From a candidate division WOR-3 bacterium (GTDB taxonomy: Bacteria > Hydrothermota > Tepidihabitantia > Tepidihabitantales > Tepidihabitantaceae): DNA of 64,000 nt. Both the position numbers and the translations under genes were made by a program. The notes below the pieces were generated by a model. That model saw only the letters and a program-made list of their open reading frames with translations, made no database searches and was not told the DNA's origin. Position 1 is the stretch's first letter. Each line of letters opens with the position of its first letter. Positions 7,424 through 17,767 of the stretch are shown piece after piece. Location of the stretch: NCBI GenBank assembly GCA_965649205.1, contig CBFGJV010000005.1, forward strand, positions 1 through 64,000, given 5' to 3'.

Positions 7424-9663
7424 CTAGCGCCCCTTGGTTAAATACCGGAAAAAAGGCTGTTGTCCGTTGAATAACACCTGCCAGGCGCCGTCCCTTCTCG
7501 TATTTACATATCTTTCGCCATAGTCGGCTAATAACTCCTCCAGTCTGGCCGGAGTCGGGTATCGCCCCATCACCACCACGCGAGTCGGTCGCAGACGTGC
7601 ATACCATTCCGGAGGGTTACCCTTTCTACTGCCGTGATGCGGCGATTTGAGTAGGTCCACCTGTTGTTCCCTGTCTTTTAGAAGTTCTAGCTCTTCCATA
7701 TCGCCGGTCAGCAGCATTCTGTAATTGGCGTACCGGAGAACCGCCACCAGAGAAATAAGATTGGTCAGGGAACGGTCGCGATGAAATGTGGTTCTGGCTG
7801 CATTCTCCGGCCAGAGAAACTCTAGTCCGAAGCCCAACCCGCGTATACTGCTACCTTCTCCCACTGCGGTAATCTGCGTTCCCGTTTGCCGCAACCTGTC
7901 CAGCAGAGCCTTGTATTCTCCTTCTGCTGCCAGAGTAGGCACTACCAGCTGTCGTATTTGGCAGCGAGGACTCAGGTCTAGAAGCCCGCCGTAATGGTCG
8001 TAGTCCGGATGGGTGATGACTGCCAAATCTATTCTCTGCACGCCGCGATAGCGCAGGTAGTCACGCAACACCTGGGAACCGCGTACGCCAGCGTCCAGCA
8101 CCATCACCTGTCCCAGGCTGTCTTCCAGCACCATACAGTCACCCTGCCCGGGATCAAGAAAGGACACGCTGGTGCCCGGCTGATGGAATACGCCTCTCCA
8201 GACGAGAAGGTTCAGACCAAGCGCAAGCCCGATTCTCAACCCGCTCCTTGCCAGCGGTCGTCTCCAGTTTGCGGCCAAAAGCAGCAGGCCATAGAAATAG
8301 AAGAGAAAAAGAGGCGGAACTGCTCCTGGTTCCCATATCGCCCATTGCTGCCTGCCCAAAAACCTGACCAGAGACAGAAGCAGCGACAGGGCGGTTTGCA
8401 GGGTCTCGGCAAAGACACCAGCGGCCGCGCTCCAGAGAAGAGAAAGTCCGAGCACCACAAGACCGAGCGGAATTGTCAGCGAAACCACAGCCACAATGAG
8501 GGGGCTGAACAGACAAGACAGGGTTTGCAGGCGATAGAAGTGGGCCAGCAGCAACGGGGCGGTGCCCAGAAAGGCGGCGGTGCTTACCACTAGGGGCAGA
8601 ACAAGCCAGTTCCGTACCAGCCGGGGCCGCAACCGTGTCACCACTGGGGCGCAAGCGTTCAGGCCGGCAATGATGGAGCAGGCGGCGGCAAAGGACAGCT
8701 GAAAGCTGGGAGTAAACAGCGCCTGAGGATCAAAAAGCAGAATCAGAATGCCCGCTACGCCTAGACTTGCCAGAGGCGCTGCCTTGCGTTGCAGAGAAAG
8801 AGCCAGAAGCACCGCCAACGCCATAATCCCCGCGCGTACTACCGGCGGGCGCATGCCGGTCACCAGCATATACATAGTTATGACCGCGGCACAGATTGCC
8901 ATCCTTGTCCAGCCGCGTATCTGGACCAGCGACAAAAGAAACCACACCACTCCGACAAGTATGCCCACGTGCAACCCGGATATCGCCAGCACATGCATAG
9001 TGCCGGAATCACGGAACGCCGTCTGTACCTCTGCCGGCAGTCCGGATTTGTCTCCGAACAACAGGCTGAGGAAAAGCGCTGATGCGGTACCGGCCAGAAA
9101 CCGCCTGGCAGTTCTGTACGCCTGCCGGCGAAGAGGCATAACTAGGAGCCGTTTTATGGCCGAGCTCTGGCCACGGCCAAGATGCGAAAGCTCCCACGTT
9201 TTCACCCTTGTTTCTCCCACAAAACCCAGCGACTGATAATAGCGGTTGAAATCAAACCCGCCGGGATTGCGGGGATAATTGAACGGGTTTATTCTGCTTC
9301 TTATCTGTACCAAGTCTCCATACTGAAGGTTCGGCATCTGCCCTTGTACTTTTACCCGCACCCGGCCCAAACCAGGACTGGTCAAGGCTACGACAAAATC
9401 TCGGTCCTGCTCACTGGTTGGTTCCTCCTCTACTATGGTCGGTTTTGACTGACAGTACCGAGAAGAAAAGCGGCTCCGGCGAGAGCCAGATACAGACTCC
9501 ATCCCCGCGACAAGAAACCAAGGCATACTCCTCCGCCTGCCAGCACCAGTCCGGTCCACCAGGGTAGGCCGGATATGCGGGTGGCGGCTATGCCCGCGGC
9601 CACGGCCACAAAGGCGCGTAAGGCGGCATAGCGCATGCCTGCGTCTGTTTCCGCTGGGGTCAT
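7424..9663 (-). pseudogene. comEC: ComEC/Rec2 DNA-uptake channel split by a frameshift near 9435-9480
   Basis: N-terminal TM part in ORF 9433-9663; the rest is in another frame (7424-9559) with NPGGFDF, HVLAISGLHVG, SFQLSF, THPDYDHYGG (MBL domain) and PHHGS. Confidence 0.8.
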
Positions 9664-9789
9664 TTCTGCAGGCTAAACTCTAGTTGCCAACAGGTCAATA
9701 TCGGCGCATATCGTTGTTTGACGCAGAGCAAACGACAATTAGAATGACTTCTGCAAAAGGGAGCGGCTAGTAGTGAAAAGGAGCAAAGT

Positions 9790-10755
9790 ATGTCCAGAAC
9801 TAGTCTGTGTGTCGCAGCCTGTCTTGCCTTCCTGGCTATGTTTTCAGGCTGTCCCGGTCCTTCCGCAGAGACCAAGTCTTTTCCCCAGACGCCGGAGCAG
9901 GGTATGGTCAACTACTGGAAAGACGTAAGATTCATTCCGGATACAACGGACCCCACGGGTAAAAAGGGTCGCTGGACTGGCTGGTTTCATCAGGATGTGG
10001 TTGACGCGTCTAAACTGGAAAAAGGCGTCATTCGGGCTTTCGTGGAGGGGCAGTGGCAGGAGTTCACACTGGTGGAACTGCCCGAGGATTTTCAGAAATG
10101 GAATTTCGAACGTCGTCTGCAGCAGCTTGGTGAGTATCGCGCTCTTCTGGTGACAAAGGAAATGAAGTTACCGACTCTGTCGGGCCCGCACAACGGTATT
10201 GTAGCCAGTCACGGTGCCAGGCGCAATGACTCCTATTTCACCGTCAATAATGCCGTCAAGGGAATGGGCTGGTTGCCCAAACCGGAAAAACTGTCCGAGC
10301 TCACCAACCTTTTGCGGCGCACATGGGATTATCCCCTGGAAGAGAAGCTGAGTGTTCTGGAAACTCTCTATCGGCGCGGGGGAGAGGTGTTTGACCTTAC
10401 CAAGCAGTCTTCCCTGGAGTTATACGCAGAGCCCAACTTTGAAACCCACACTTTTCTGAACCAGATGGTTGATCCTGGGGTGGCTGTCGTATTCCTGGAC
10501 CTTCCCAAGTCCTACGAACTACGCTGCATCGCCCAGATGTTGCATCCAGATGACCCGAGTCTCACAACCTACCAGAAACAGGTTGTTGAATACATTAACC
10601 TCATTCACGACTATTTTCACGGGCAGTCTCCCCGCCAGTCCATCGGTGTCATCTACCATGTGGTGCAGGTATTTGACAATTCTCCGGGTCGCTGGCGCGG
10701 TCAGCGCATTGCTCCGCAAAAACCTATAGAACCCGCCAAAGACAAGAGCATGTAA
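9790..10755 (+). CDS. Hypothetical lipoprotein; C-terminal part resembles an FMN-binding split barrel
   Basis: AAGGAG SD, lipobox FSGC; HTFLN...P.VAVVFLD...SYELR motif. Fold call is tentative. Confidence 0.6.
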   Translation: MSRTSLCVAACLAFLAMFSGCPGPSAETKSFPQTPEQGMVNYWKDVRFIPDTTDPTGKKGRWTGWFHQDVVDASKLEKGVIRAFVEGQWQEFTLVELPEDFQKWNFERRLQQLGEYRALLVTKEMKLPTLSGPHNGIVASHGARRNDSYFTVNNAVKGMGWLPKPEKLSELTNLLRRTWDYPLEEKLSVLETLYRRGGEVFDLTKQSSLELYAEPNFETHTFLNQMVDPGVAVVFLDLPKSYELRCIAQMLHPDDPSLTTYQKQVVEYINLIHDYFHGQSPRQSIGVIYHVVQVFDNSPGRWRGQRIAPQKPIEPAKDKSM

Positions 10756-10777
10756 TTGTCTGGGTGCGCGCAACCGT

Positions 10778-11863
10778 TCAGGGTAGCTCGGCCAAAAGAG
10801 CAACGGTGCGTCTGTCCAGAGCGCAGGTAATGGGCAGACCGTTTGCTTCCTGCAGCCGGGCCAAGGCCAGACAGGTTTCCCGACCGAGATTGCCATCCGG
10901 TCGCTTAGAATAGTACCCCAGTCTTTTCAGCTTTTCCTGTATTTCTCTGATTTCCCGCGGAGTGCGATAATCTTCGATGGAAGAGATGTCCTCCTGACGC
11001 AACTCGCTGCCCACGATAAACACCGGCACATTGCGGCCTATGCGGGGATGAGCCAGAAGTTCAGTCATATCCTGATTGCGCAGCGCAATAGAACCATTAG
11101 TCCAATTTTGTTCGATGCCACCACCCTGAATCTGAATATCGCCTCCCAAGCCGGGGAAATCCCGACCGTGTTTTTCTATCCGCCCTGCCATCCGGCAATA
11201 CTCGTACCTGTATCTGTCCGTCGCATTCGGGTAGTCCAGCACCAGCGCCTGCTGAAAGGTGGTACCTGACTGTACCGCTGCCACCCGATAGATACCTTCG
11301 GGAGTGGTCAGATTGTCCTGATGCAGCTTGCGTTTGTAGGGGTCCGAACCTAGCGCGATAGGATACCGCTTTTTCATCCTGCCGCCATCACGCACTTCCA
11401 GAAAATAGTGCAGCTTGTCCACGAGGATACTGGCGCCCACAAGCGTACCCAGCTTTACATCTGGAACCTCTATGGAATCATGGTTGGTCCATATTTCTCT
11501 ACCATCCTTTCCCACCAGTCTTGCCCGGTAATAGTAAACCACATTATGGGCCAGGAAGGAATCAAACAGGCTGAAAGCGCTGTCCCTGCCGGGAAATTCC
11601 CAAACTGTTATCGGGTGAGCCCGGATGTCTAGTTCGTTTGTTTCCAGGCGGGAAGTGCTGCGAAAAAGCATAATCCGTTCCGCGGCAAGAGAGCCCTCGG
11701 CCCAGATGGATATGTTGGCTCGGGTACCTGCGACAAGGTCCACGCTTAGAGTTGCTTCTTGCCCGGAACAACGGGCCAGGCAAAAACAGTACAGCAGTAC
11801 CGCTGCCAGATTGGAGAAAATCCGACCTTCTTGCAGCCGTAAGCAGAAACCGCCGTTATTCAC
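10778..11863 (-). CDS. L,D-transpeptidase (YkuD)-like paralog with PG-binding domain, catalytic residues substituted
   Basis: YPIALG...TPEGIY...LDYPN...GGDIQIQG...WTNGSIAL; C-terminal IQEKLKRLGYY...DG...LQEANGLP. Confidence 0.85.
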   Translation of the reverse strand: MNNGGFCLRLQEGRIFSNLAAVLLYCFCLARCSGQEATLSVDLVAGTRANISIWAEGSLAAERIMLFRSTSRLETNELDIRAHPITVWEFPGRDSAFSLFDSFLAHNVVYYYRARLVGKDGREIWTNHDSIEVPDVKLGTLVGASILVDKLHYFLEVRDGGRMKKRYPIALGSDPYKRKLHQDNLTTPEGIYRVAAVQSGTTFQQALVLDYPNATDRYRYEYCRMAGRIEKHGRDFPGLGGDIQIQGGGIEQNWTNGSIALRNQDMTELLAHPRIGRNVPVFIVGSELRQEDISSIEDYRTPREIREIQEKLKRLGYYSKRPDGNLGRETCLALARLQEANGLPITCALDRRTVALLAELP

Positions 11864-13007
11864 GCCTATGTCCTATCCCGTTTACCACCACCGTTTTCCT
11901 TGTTCCGCCACGCACTTCGTTTAGTTTGGTAGCGAACTCGCCGTACCAGTTCTGGGCCTGCTCTGTATGCACCGCCAGCAGGGATACAGTACGTCTGTCC
12001 AGTTCGCAGGTAACAGCCAGCCCGCTTGCTTCCTGAAAGCGGCCCAGAGCCAGGCGAATATCGCGGTCCAAACTGCTTTTTAGCGCTCCGGGCAGAAACC
12101 CTAGATTCTTCAATTGCTGCTGGATGCTGAGTAACTTCTCCTTTGCGCAGCAGCTCTGCGCCGCGTATATGTCGGCCCGGGAAATTTCTCTGCCAACTAT
12201 TGTTACCGGAACGCCCTTTTTCATGGCCGGGTGGCGAAACAGTTCGTCCACGTCCCGATTACGCAGAGCGATGCAACCGTTGGTCCAGTTGTTGTCTATC
12301 CCTTTGCCATGTATCTGAATCTCGCCGCCGATGCCGCAGAGACGTCCTCGGCGCAACGGTAGCCGCCCCCCGGCAGCGGCTAGGAGATACCGGCAGCTGT
12401 CCACTTCGTTAGGATAGTTCAGGTCAAACGCCCTTCTGGTACTGGTGTATGGCTGGATGTCTATGATTGTATACATACCTTCGGGAGTAGTTGCGTTGTC
12501 TTCATGCAGTTTGCGCGAGAAGGGATTCCGCCCCAGGGCCAGCGGATATCGTTTCTTCAGGCCTTCCTGGTCCCATACTTCCAGAATATAATGTACCTTG
12601 TCCACCACAAGACGCAGACCGCGCCCCGCCTGCAGCCGCCTGTCGGGTATTCTTACTGAATCAATATTGCTCCATTCCTGAGCACCATCGGCAAAGGTAA
12701 ATCTGGCTCGGTAGTAGTACAGCACATTGTCCGCCAGCATGGAATCAACCAGTCCGCAGTCTCTCTGTCTGCGGGGAAACCGGTAGACAGTGATGGGGAA
12801 TTTTGTCGTATCCGCGGCCCCATCAAGACGGGAGGTGCTACGGTAAAGTTCTACCTTTCGCACAGCGGGAATGTTTGCGCCGGTCAGAAACGCTCTCACT
12901 GTCGGCCCAGCTTCCAGCCGGACAATTAGTTTGGCCTCCCGGGCAAGAGCAAAGCCCAGACCTGCAAGAAGCAGAATTACCGCCGGACGGCCGGGCGTAA
13001 TTCGCAT
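11856..13007 (-). CDS. L,D-transpeptidase (YkuD) with PG-binding domain
   Basis: GGEIQIHG...WTNGCIAL with His and Cys intact; start re-assigned to ATG 13007. Confidence 0.9.
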   Translation of the reverse strand: MRITPGRPAVILLLAGLGFALAREAKLIVRLEAGPTVRAFLTGANIPAVRKVELYRSTSRLDGAADTTKFPITVYRFPRRQRDCGLVDSMLADNVLYYYRARFTFADGAQEWSNIDSVRIPDRRLQAGRGLRLVVDKVHYILEVWDQEGLKKRYPLALGRNPFSRKLHEDNATTPEGMYTIIDIQPYTSTRRAFDLNYPNEVDSCRYLLAAAGGRLPLRRGRLCGIGGEIQIHGKGIDNNWTNGCIALRNRDVDELFRHPAMKKGVPVTIVGREISRADIYAAQSCCAKEKLLSIQQQLKNLGFLPGALKSSLDRDIRLALGRFQEASGLAVTCELDRRTVSLLAVHTEQAQNWYGEFATKLNEVRGGTRKTVVVNGIGHRRE

Positions 13008-13198
13008 GCTGTAAGCATAGCCAAGAGAGCGCAAACAGGTCAAGGGTACAGAGATGTCAACGGAGGCAAATTCCCCTGAGCTTTCGTCACCCCGACTGTG
13101 CTCCGCGTGCTTCTATTATACCTTTGGAAACACTGCAGATGCTGACTAATAAGGTGATTTGTCTGCGGCGGTTTGTCCCGGAAAGCCCGGAGGCTATA

Positions 13199-15229
13199 TC
13201 ACCGTTTCTTTAGCCGTCTGCTGCGCAAAAGTTTCCATTCTTCGTCGTCAATCTCCTGGCGGAGGCGGGCAATCTGATCGCGGTACGCAGCCGCCTTCTC
13301 AAACTCCAGTCGCTGCGCTGCCTCCTTCATTTCCTTCTGCAGCCGGTCCAAGAGGGCAATCTTGTCTTCGCAGTCTGCTGTCTGCCATTCGCTCTCCGCC
13401 GTTTCCGGCGTCGGCTTGGCGTCGGCTACCGAGGTTGTCAACCGCACCTGAGCTACAGACTTCTGAATGGAGCGCGGTTCAATTCCGTGCTTGCGGTTGT
13501 ACTCCATCTGCTTTTGCCGCCGTCGTTCTGTCTCCTGTAATGCTCTCCTTATGGAGTTGGTAATGTTGTCGGCGTAGAGAATCACTTCTCCGCGCACGTT
13601 TCGGGCGGCTCGCCCTGCAGTTTGGATTAGCGACCGTTCATCCCGCAAAAACCCTTCCTTGTCTGCATCAAGGATTGCCACCAGGGAGACTTCGGGCAGG
13701 TCCAATCCTTCCCGCAACAGATTGATGCCTACCAGTACATCAAACTCGCCCAGCCTTAGGCCACGCAGGATTTCCACCCGTTCGATAGCGTCTATCTCCG
13801 AGTGAAGATAACGTACCTTCAGCCCCATTTCGGTCAGATACTCAGCCAGGTCCTCAGCCATACGCTTGGTCAGCGTGGTCACCAGGACTCTTTCGTGTTT
13901 CTCGACGCGCTGGCGAATTTCGGCAATGAGATTATCTATCTGCCCCTTAGTTGGCCGAATGGTCATTTTCGGGTCCACCAGACCAGTCGGTCGCACCACC
14001 AGCTCTGCTACCCGTCCCTGGCTCTGTCTGAGTTCATACGGCCCCGGGGTAGCGGAGGTAAAAATAACCTGCTTTATCAGGCTCTGGAACTCGTCAAAGC
14101 GCAAGGGCCGGTTGTCCAGACAGGAGGGTAATCTGAAGCCGTAGTCTACTAGCGTCTGCTTTCTCGCCCGGTCTCCGTTATACATTCCCTGAATCTGGGG
14201 AATAGTGACGTGAGATTCGTCTATAATCATCAGATAGTCCTCAGGGAAAAAGTCCAGCAGGCAGTAAGGCCTTTCTCCGGGCTTTTTTCCCAACAGATGC
14301 CGGGAATAATTTTCAATGCCCGGACAATAACCGAACTCCAGCATTATCTCAATGTCGAACCTGGTGCGGGTCGCCAGCCGCTGTGCCTCCAGCAGCTTGT
14401 GTTGCGACCTCAGCTCGCTTACCCGCTGCGCCAGTTCCTGTTCAATCGAAACGATGGCATCTTCTATCTGGCGTCCGGTGGTAACGAACTGCTTAGCCGG
14501 ATAGATTATCAATCGTTCCCGCTGCTCCAGGATGTCTCCAGAAACTATGTCAAATATAGAAAGCGCAGCTAGCTGTGTGCCATCAAACTCTACCCGCACG
14601 CCATAGTCCCGATGTGAGGGGTGAATGTCCACCACGTCGCCTCGCACGCGAAAAGTGGAACGTTTCAGTTCCACATCGTTACGGGTGTACTGGAGAGCAA
14701 CCAGTTGTTCCAGCAGACTCTCCCGGTCCAGTTCCTCACCTTGCTTCAGGGTCAGCACCGACTCCCGGAATTCCACCGGCTCTCCGAGATTGTAGATACA
14801 GGAAACAGAAGCTACCACCACCACATCTCTACGTTCCAGCAGGCTAGAGGTAGCCCGCAACCGCAGTCGTTCAATCTCCTCGTTTATGGAAGCGTCCTTT
14901 TCTATGTACAAGTCGTGCTCCGGCACATAGGCTTCGGGCTGATAATAGTCGTAGTAAGAGATGAAGTACTCAACCGCATTATGGGGGAAAAACTGGCGGA
15001 ACTCGCCAAACAGCTGGGCGGCCAGCGTTTTGTTGTGCGAGATAACAATGGTGGGTCGGTTCAAACGGGCAATGACATTAGCCATGGTGAAAGTCTTGCC
15101 CGAACCGGTTACCCCCAGAAGCGTAGAATACTTAGCACCGGACTGAATGAACTCAACCAGTTTTTCTATGGCTTCCGGCTGGTCGCCGGCAGGAGAAAAT
15201 GGCGCCACCAGCTTGAACAGCTCCGCCAT
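13199..15229 (-). CDS. uvrB: Excinuclease ABC subunit B
   Basis: [23 protein letters not shown]-terminal UVR domain ([11 protein letters not shown]). Confidence 0.99.
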   Translation of the reverse strand: MAELFKLVAPFSPAGDQPEAIEKLVEFIQSGAKYSTLLGVTGSGKTFTMANVIARLNRPTIVISHNKTLAAQLFGEFRQFFPHNAVEYFISYYDYYQPEAYVPEHDLYIEKDASINEEIERLRLRATSSLLERRDVVVVASVSCIYNLGEPVEFRESVLTLKQGEELDRESLLEQLVALQYTRNDVELKRSTFRVRGDVVDIHPSHRDYGVRVEFDGTQLAALSIFDIVSGDILEQRERLIIYPAKQFVTTGRQIEDAIVSIEQELAQRVSELRSQHKLLEAQRLATRTRFDIEIMLEFGYCPGIENYSRHLLGKKPGERPYCLLDFFPEDYLMIIDESHVTIPQIQGMYNGDRARKQTLVDYGFRLPSCLDNRPLRFDEFQSLIKQVIFTSATPGPYELRQSQGRVAELVVRPTGLVDPKMTIRPTKGQIDNLIAEIRQRVEKHERVLVTTLTKRMAEDLAEYLTEMGLKVRYLHSEIDAIERVEILRGLRLGEFDVLVGINLLREGLDLPEVSLVAILDADKEGFLRDERSLIQTAGRAARNVRGEVILYADNITNSIRRALQETERRRQKQMEYNRKHGIEPRSIQKSVAQVRLTTSVADAKPTPETAESEWQTADCEDKIALLDRLQKEMKEAAQRLEFEKAAAYRDQIARLRQEIDDEEWKLLRSRRLKKR

Positions 15230-15376
15230 ACGCAGTCATTCTAGAACACGGACAAGGAGGGTCAAGCAGTTGACTTCTGCGAGGTTGTGAATATCATCTC
15301 TCCCGATTTGACCACGCTTACTGCATCTTCAGACCGGAACCGGTCGAGCGACGGTTCCTAATTGTTTTCTGTTACA

Positions 15377-17320
15377 ATGATTAATCTGGAAAGCTTCGTT
15401 AGACCTGAACTGGCCCTGACCTGTCCGGAAGGGTGTACGCAGGAGCAGCTATTCCGTCTGGTCGCCGACCGGTTCTACGAACAGGGGATTATCACCGACC
15501 GGGAAGCTCTGGTACGGGAACTTCTCGCCCGGGAGCAGCTTGGCTCCACCGGCATAGGAAACGGTATTGCGCTGCCTCACGCCGCACTTGATTCCGCGAC
15601 CGAGATGGCCGTAGCGGTGGTTCTTTCACCTAAGCCGCTTGATTGGAATTCGGTGGATGGAGAACCGGTGAGCCTAGTAGTAGTCATAGCTGGCCCGTCA
15701 GACGAGAAGACTTTGTATCTTCAACTTCTTGCCGAGCTGGCTCGTTCTCTCAATCGACCAGAGGTGCGTAACCAAGCACTAAAGGCACACACGCCGGCGC
15801 GGGCAGCGGAAATCATCAGCCGTCCGCCACACGAAGGATTTTTCAAACGCAATCGAAGACTTATATTTTTCATCCTCATGGTACTGGCCATATTCGTTCT
15901 CGCCCGCATTATTATGCCTTCCATCCACTTAACCGGAACCGACCTTTATCAGTCGCCGGAATACCTGAAGTTCAACCACCAGCCTTGGCTCTTTCGACAA
16001 GAACTGACCGTGACTTTGTTCTTGGGAATGGTACTCGGCACGCTTCTGTTCTGGCGTTTCCGCGTGGCCATAGCCGCCGCTGTGCTCGGCATACTTCTCA
16101 CTGCCGGTGTTATGGACTTGGGCACTACCGTGAAGTTCATGTCCATACCGACTATTCTGTTCATAATGGCGATGATGGTCATTGTCCGGTGGCTACAGAA
16201 CGCTGGCGTATTCCGTTTCGTGGTGATCAAAGCAATCGAACAGGTTCGTGGCATACCCTGGCTTCTCTTGCTCATATTGATGGGATTCTCCGTGTTGATG
16301 GCCGGGTTCGCCGACGAGGTTTCCGCTATCCTTGTCACTTTCGGTTTGGCACACGAAGTGTGCCGGCGTACCAAAGCACCACTTGTACCATTTCTTCTTT
16401 GCTTGGTATTTGCTACCAATGTGGGCAGTGCATTAACCCTGGTGGGCAACCCCATCGGGGTATACATTGCTTTCGCCGGTCGCCTGAGTTTTGAGCACTT
16501 CCTGCGTTGGGCCACGCCGGTGTCAGCGGTGGCCGCAGTGGTAGTCTCCTTGCTTTGTCTCGTGCTTTACCGCAAGCATTTTTTCGGCAAGCGCTACAAC
16601 TTGGACGCCCGCGTGTTGGAGGAAACGTCGGGCATAGTTGACCGGGCCAAACTGCGTACCGGCATCATAACATTCATTGTTACCGTAGTCCTCATCGCGC
16701 TACACCGTCGTCTCGAGGTATGGCTCGGACTGGGCGACGGCACCGCGCTGGTGGCTGTTGCGCTGATGGTAACTGGCTTCATAGTGTTTTACGAGCAGGA
16801 ACGCGGCCGGGTACTTGTCGAGCGGGGCATTGACTGGTGGACACTGCTCTTTTTTATGTTTCTCTTCGCCAATGCCGCCTGTCTGGAATACACCGGCGTT
16901 ACGACCAAGCTGGGTTATCTGCTTCTTAACGCTTCGCAGTCCCTGACCGCGCACGGCGGGCCGGCTGCAATAACGAGCACTAGCGCCGTCCTGATGCTCT
17001 GGGCCAGTGGTCTATTGTCGGGATTTGTAGACAACTTGCCCATAGTGGCCGCGTTGGTCCCCATAGCCAAGGACCTGAGCCAGGTCGGTTTACCACATGC
17101 CTCCATTTTATGGTGGGCGCTGCTCTTTGGTGGTTGCTTCGGCGGCAACCTGACCGTTATCGGCTCAACTGCCAACTTGGTCGCGGTCGGCGCGTACGAA
17201 AGGGTAACCGGCCAGCACATTCGCTTTATTGAGTGGATACGTGTGGGTATTATAATCACCGTGGTATCGCTGGTTATAGCGACCACGGCCCTGTTATTAC
17301 AAGTGAGACTCGCGCCGTAA
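15377..17320 (+). CDS. PTS EIIA(Fru/Ntr-type) domain fused to an ArsB/NhaD/SLC13-type permease
   Basis: RE..GSTGIGNGIALPHA (EIIA His); ATNVGSALTLVGNP, SGFVDNLP, GGNLTVIGSTAN (IT superfamily). Confidence 0.9.
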   Translation: MINLESFVRPELALTCPEGCTQEQLFRLVADRFYEQGIITDREALVRELLAREQLGSTGIGNGIALPHAALDSATEMAVAVVLSPKPLDWNSVDGEPVSLVVVIAGPSDEKTLYLQLLAELARSLNRPEVRNQALKAHTPARAAEIISRPPHEGFFKRNRRLIFFILMVLAIFVLARIIMPSIHLTGTDLYQSPEYLKFNHQPWLFRQELTVTLFLGMVLGTLLFWRFRVAIAAAVLGILLTAGVMDLGTTVKFMSIPTILFIMAMMVIVRWLQNAGVFRFVVIKAIEQVRGIPWLLLLILMGFSVLMAGFADEVSAILVTFGLAHEVCRRTKAPLVPFLLCLVFATNVGSALTLVGNPIGVYIAFAGRLSFEHFLRWATPVSAVAAVVVSLLCLVLYRKHFFGKRYNLDARVLEETSGIVDRAKLRTGIITFIVTVVLIALHRRLEVWLGLGDGTALVAVALMVTGFIVFYEQERGRVLVERGIDWWTLLFFMFLFANAACLEYTGVTTKLGYLLLNASQSLTAHGGPAAITSTSAVLMLWASGLLSGFVDNLPIVAALVPIAKDLSQVGLPHASILWWALLFGGCFGGNLTVIGSTANLVAVGAYERVTGQHIRFIEWIRVGIIITVVSLVIATTALLLQVRLAP

Positions 17321-17328
17321 GGAGAATT

Positions 17329-17742
17329 ATGTTCGACAAGATACTCTACATAGTAAGTGAAAAGCAGGAAGATAAAAGCTTCGTGATGAACCTGGCCCGC
17401 AAGCACGGCTCGACCGTGTTGCTCTCTGGCATAATGGCCGCCGAGCGCCGGCAGGAGGTGCGGACCGACGGCCAGACTCGGCGCAACGTGCTGCGTGAAG
17501 ATCATGAGCGCAAATCCTGGCACAATCTTTACCGCCTGGAGGAAGAATTCAAAAGTTCCGGTATTAAGTCGTCCGTAATAGCTCAAGAGGGGGACATAGA
17601 AAATCTGCAGTTACTTGCTTCCAGTACACGCTGCGACCTTATTGTAATGGCCGCCAGCAACCTAGCCGACCGGGACTACAAGCTTCCGGACGAGCTTCTG
17701 CCTAACCTCCCCTGTCCGCTGATAATCACCAATGCGCCCTGA
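17329..17742 (+). CDS. Universal stress protein-like
   Basis: MFDKILYIV...LARKHGS...EGD...CDLIVMA...LPCPLII; AAGGAG SD overlapping the upstream stop. Confidence 0.75.
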   Translation: MFDKILYIVSEKQEDKSFVMNLARKHGSTVLLSGIMAAERRQEVRTDGQTRRNVLREDHERKSWHNLYRLEEEFKSSGIKSSVIAQEGDIENLQLLASSTRCDLIVMAASNLADRDYKLPDELLPNLPCPLIITNAP

Positions 17743-17767
17743 ATAGGGACTTACACTCCACCTCACC

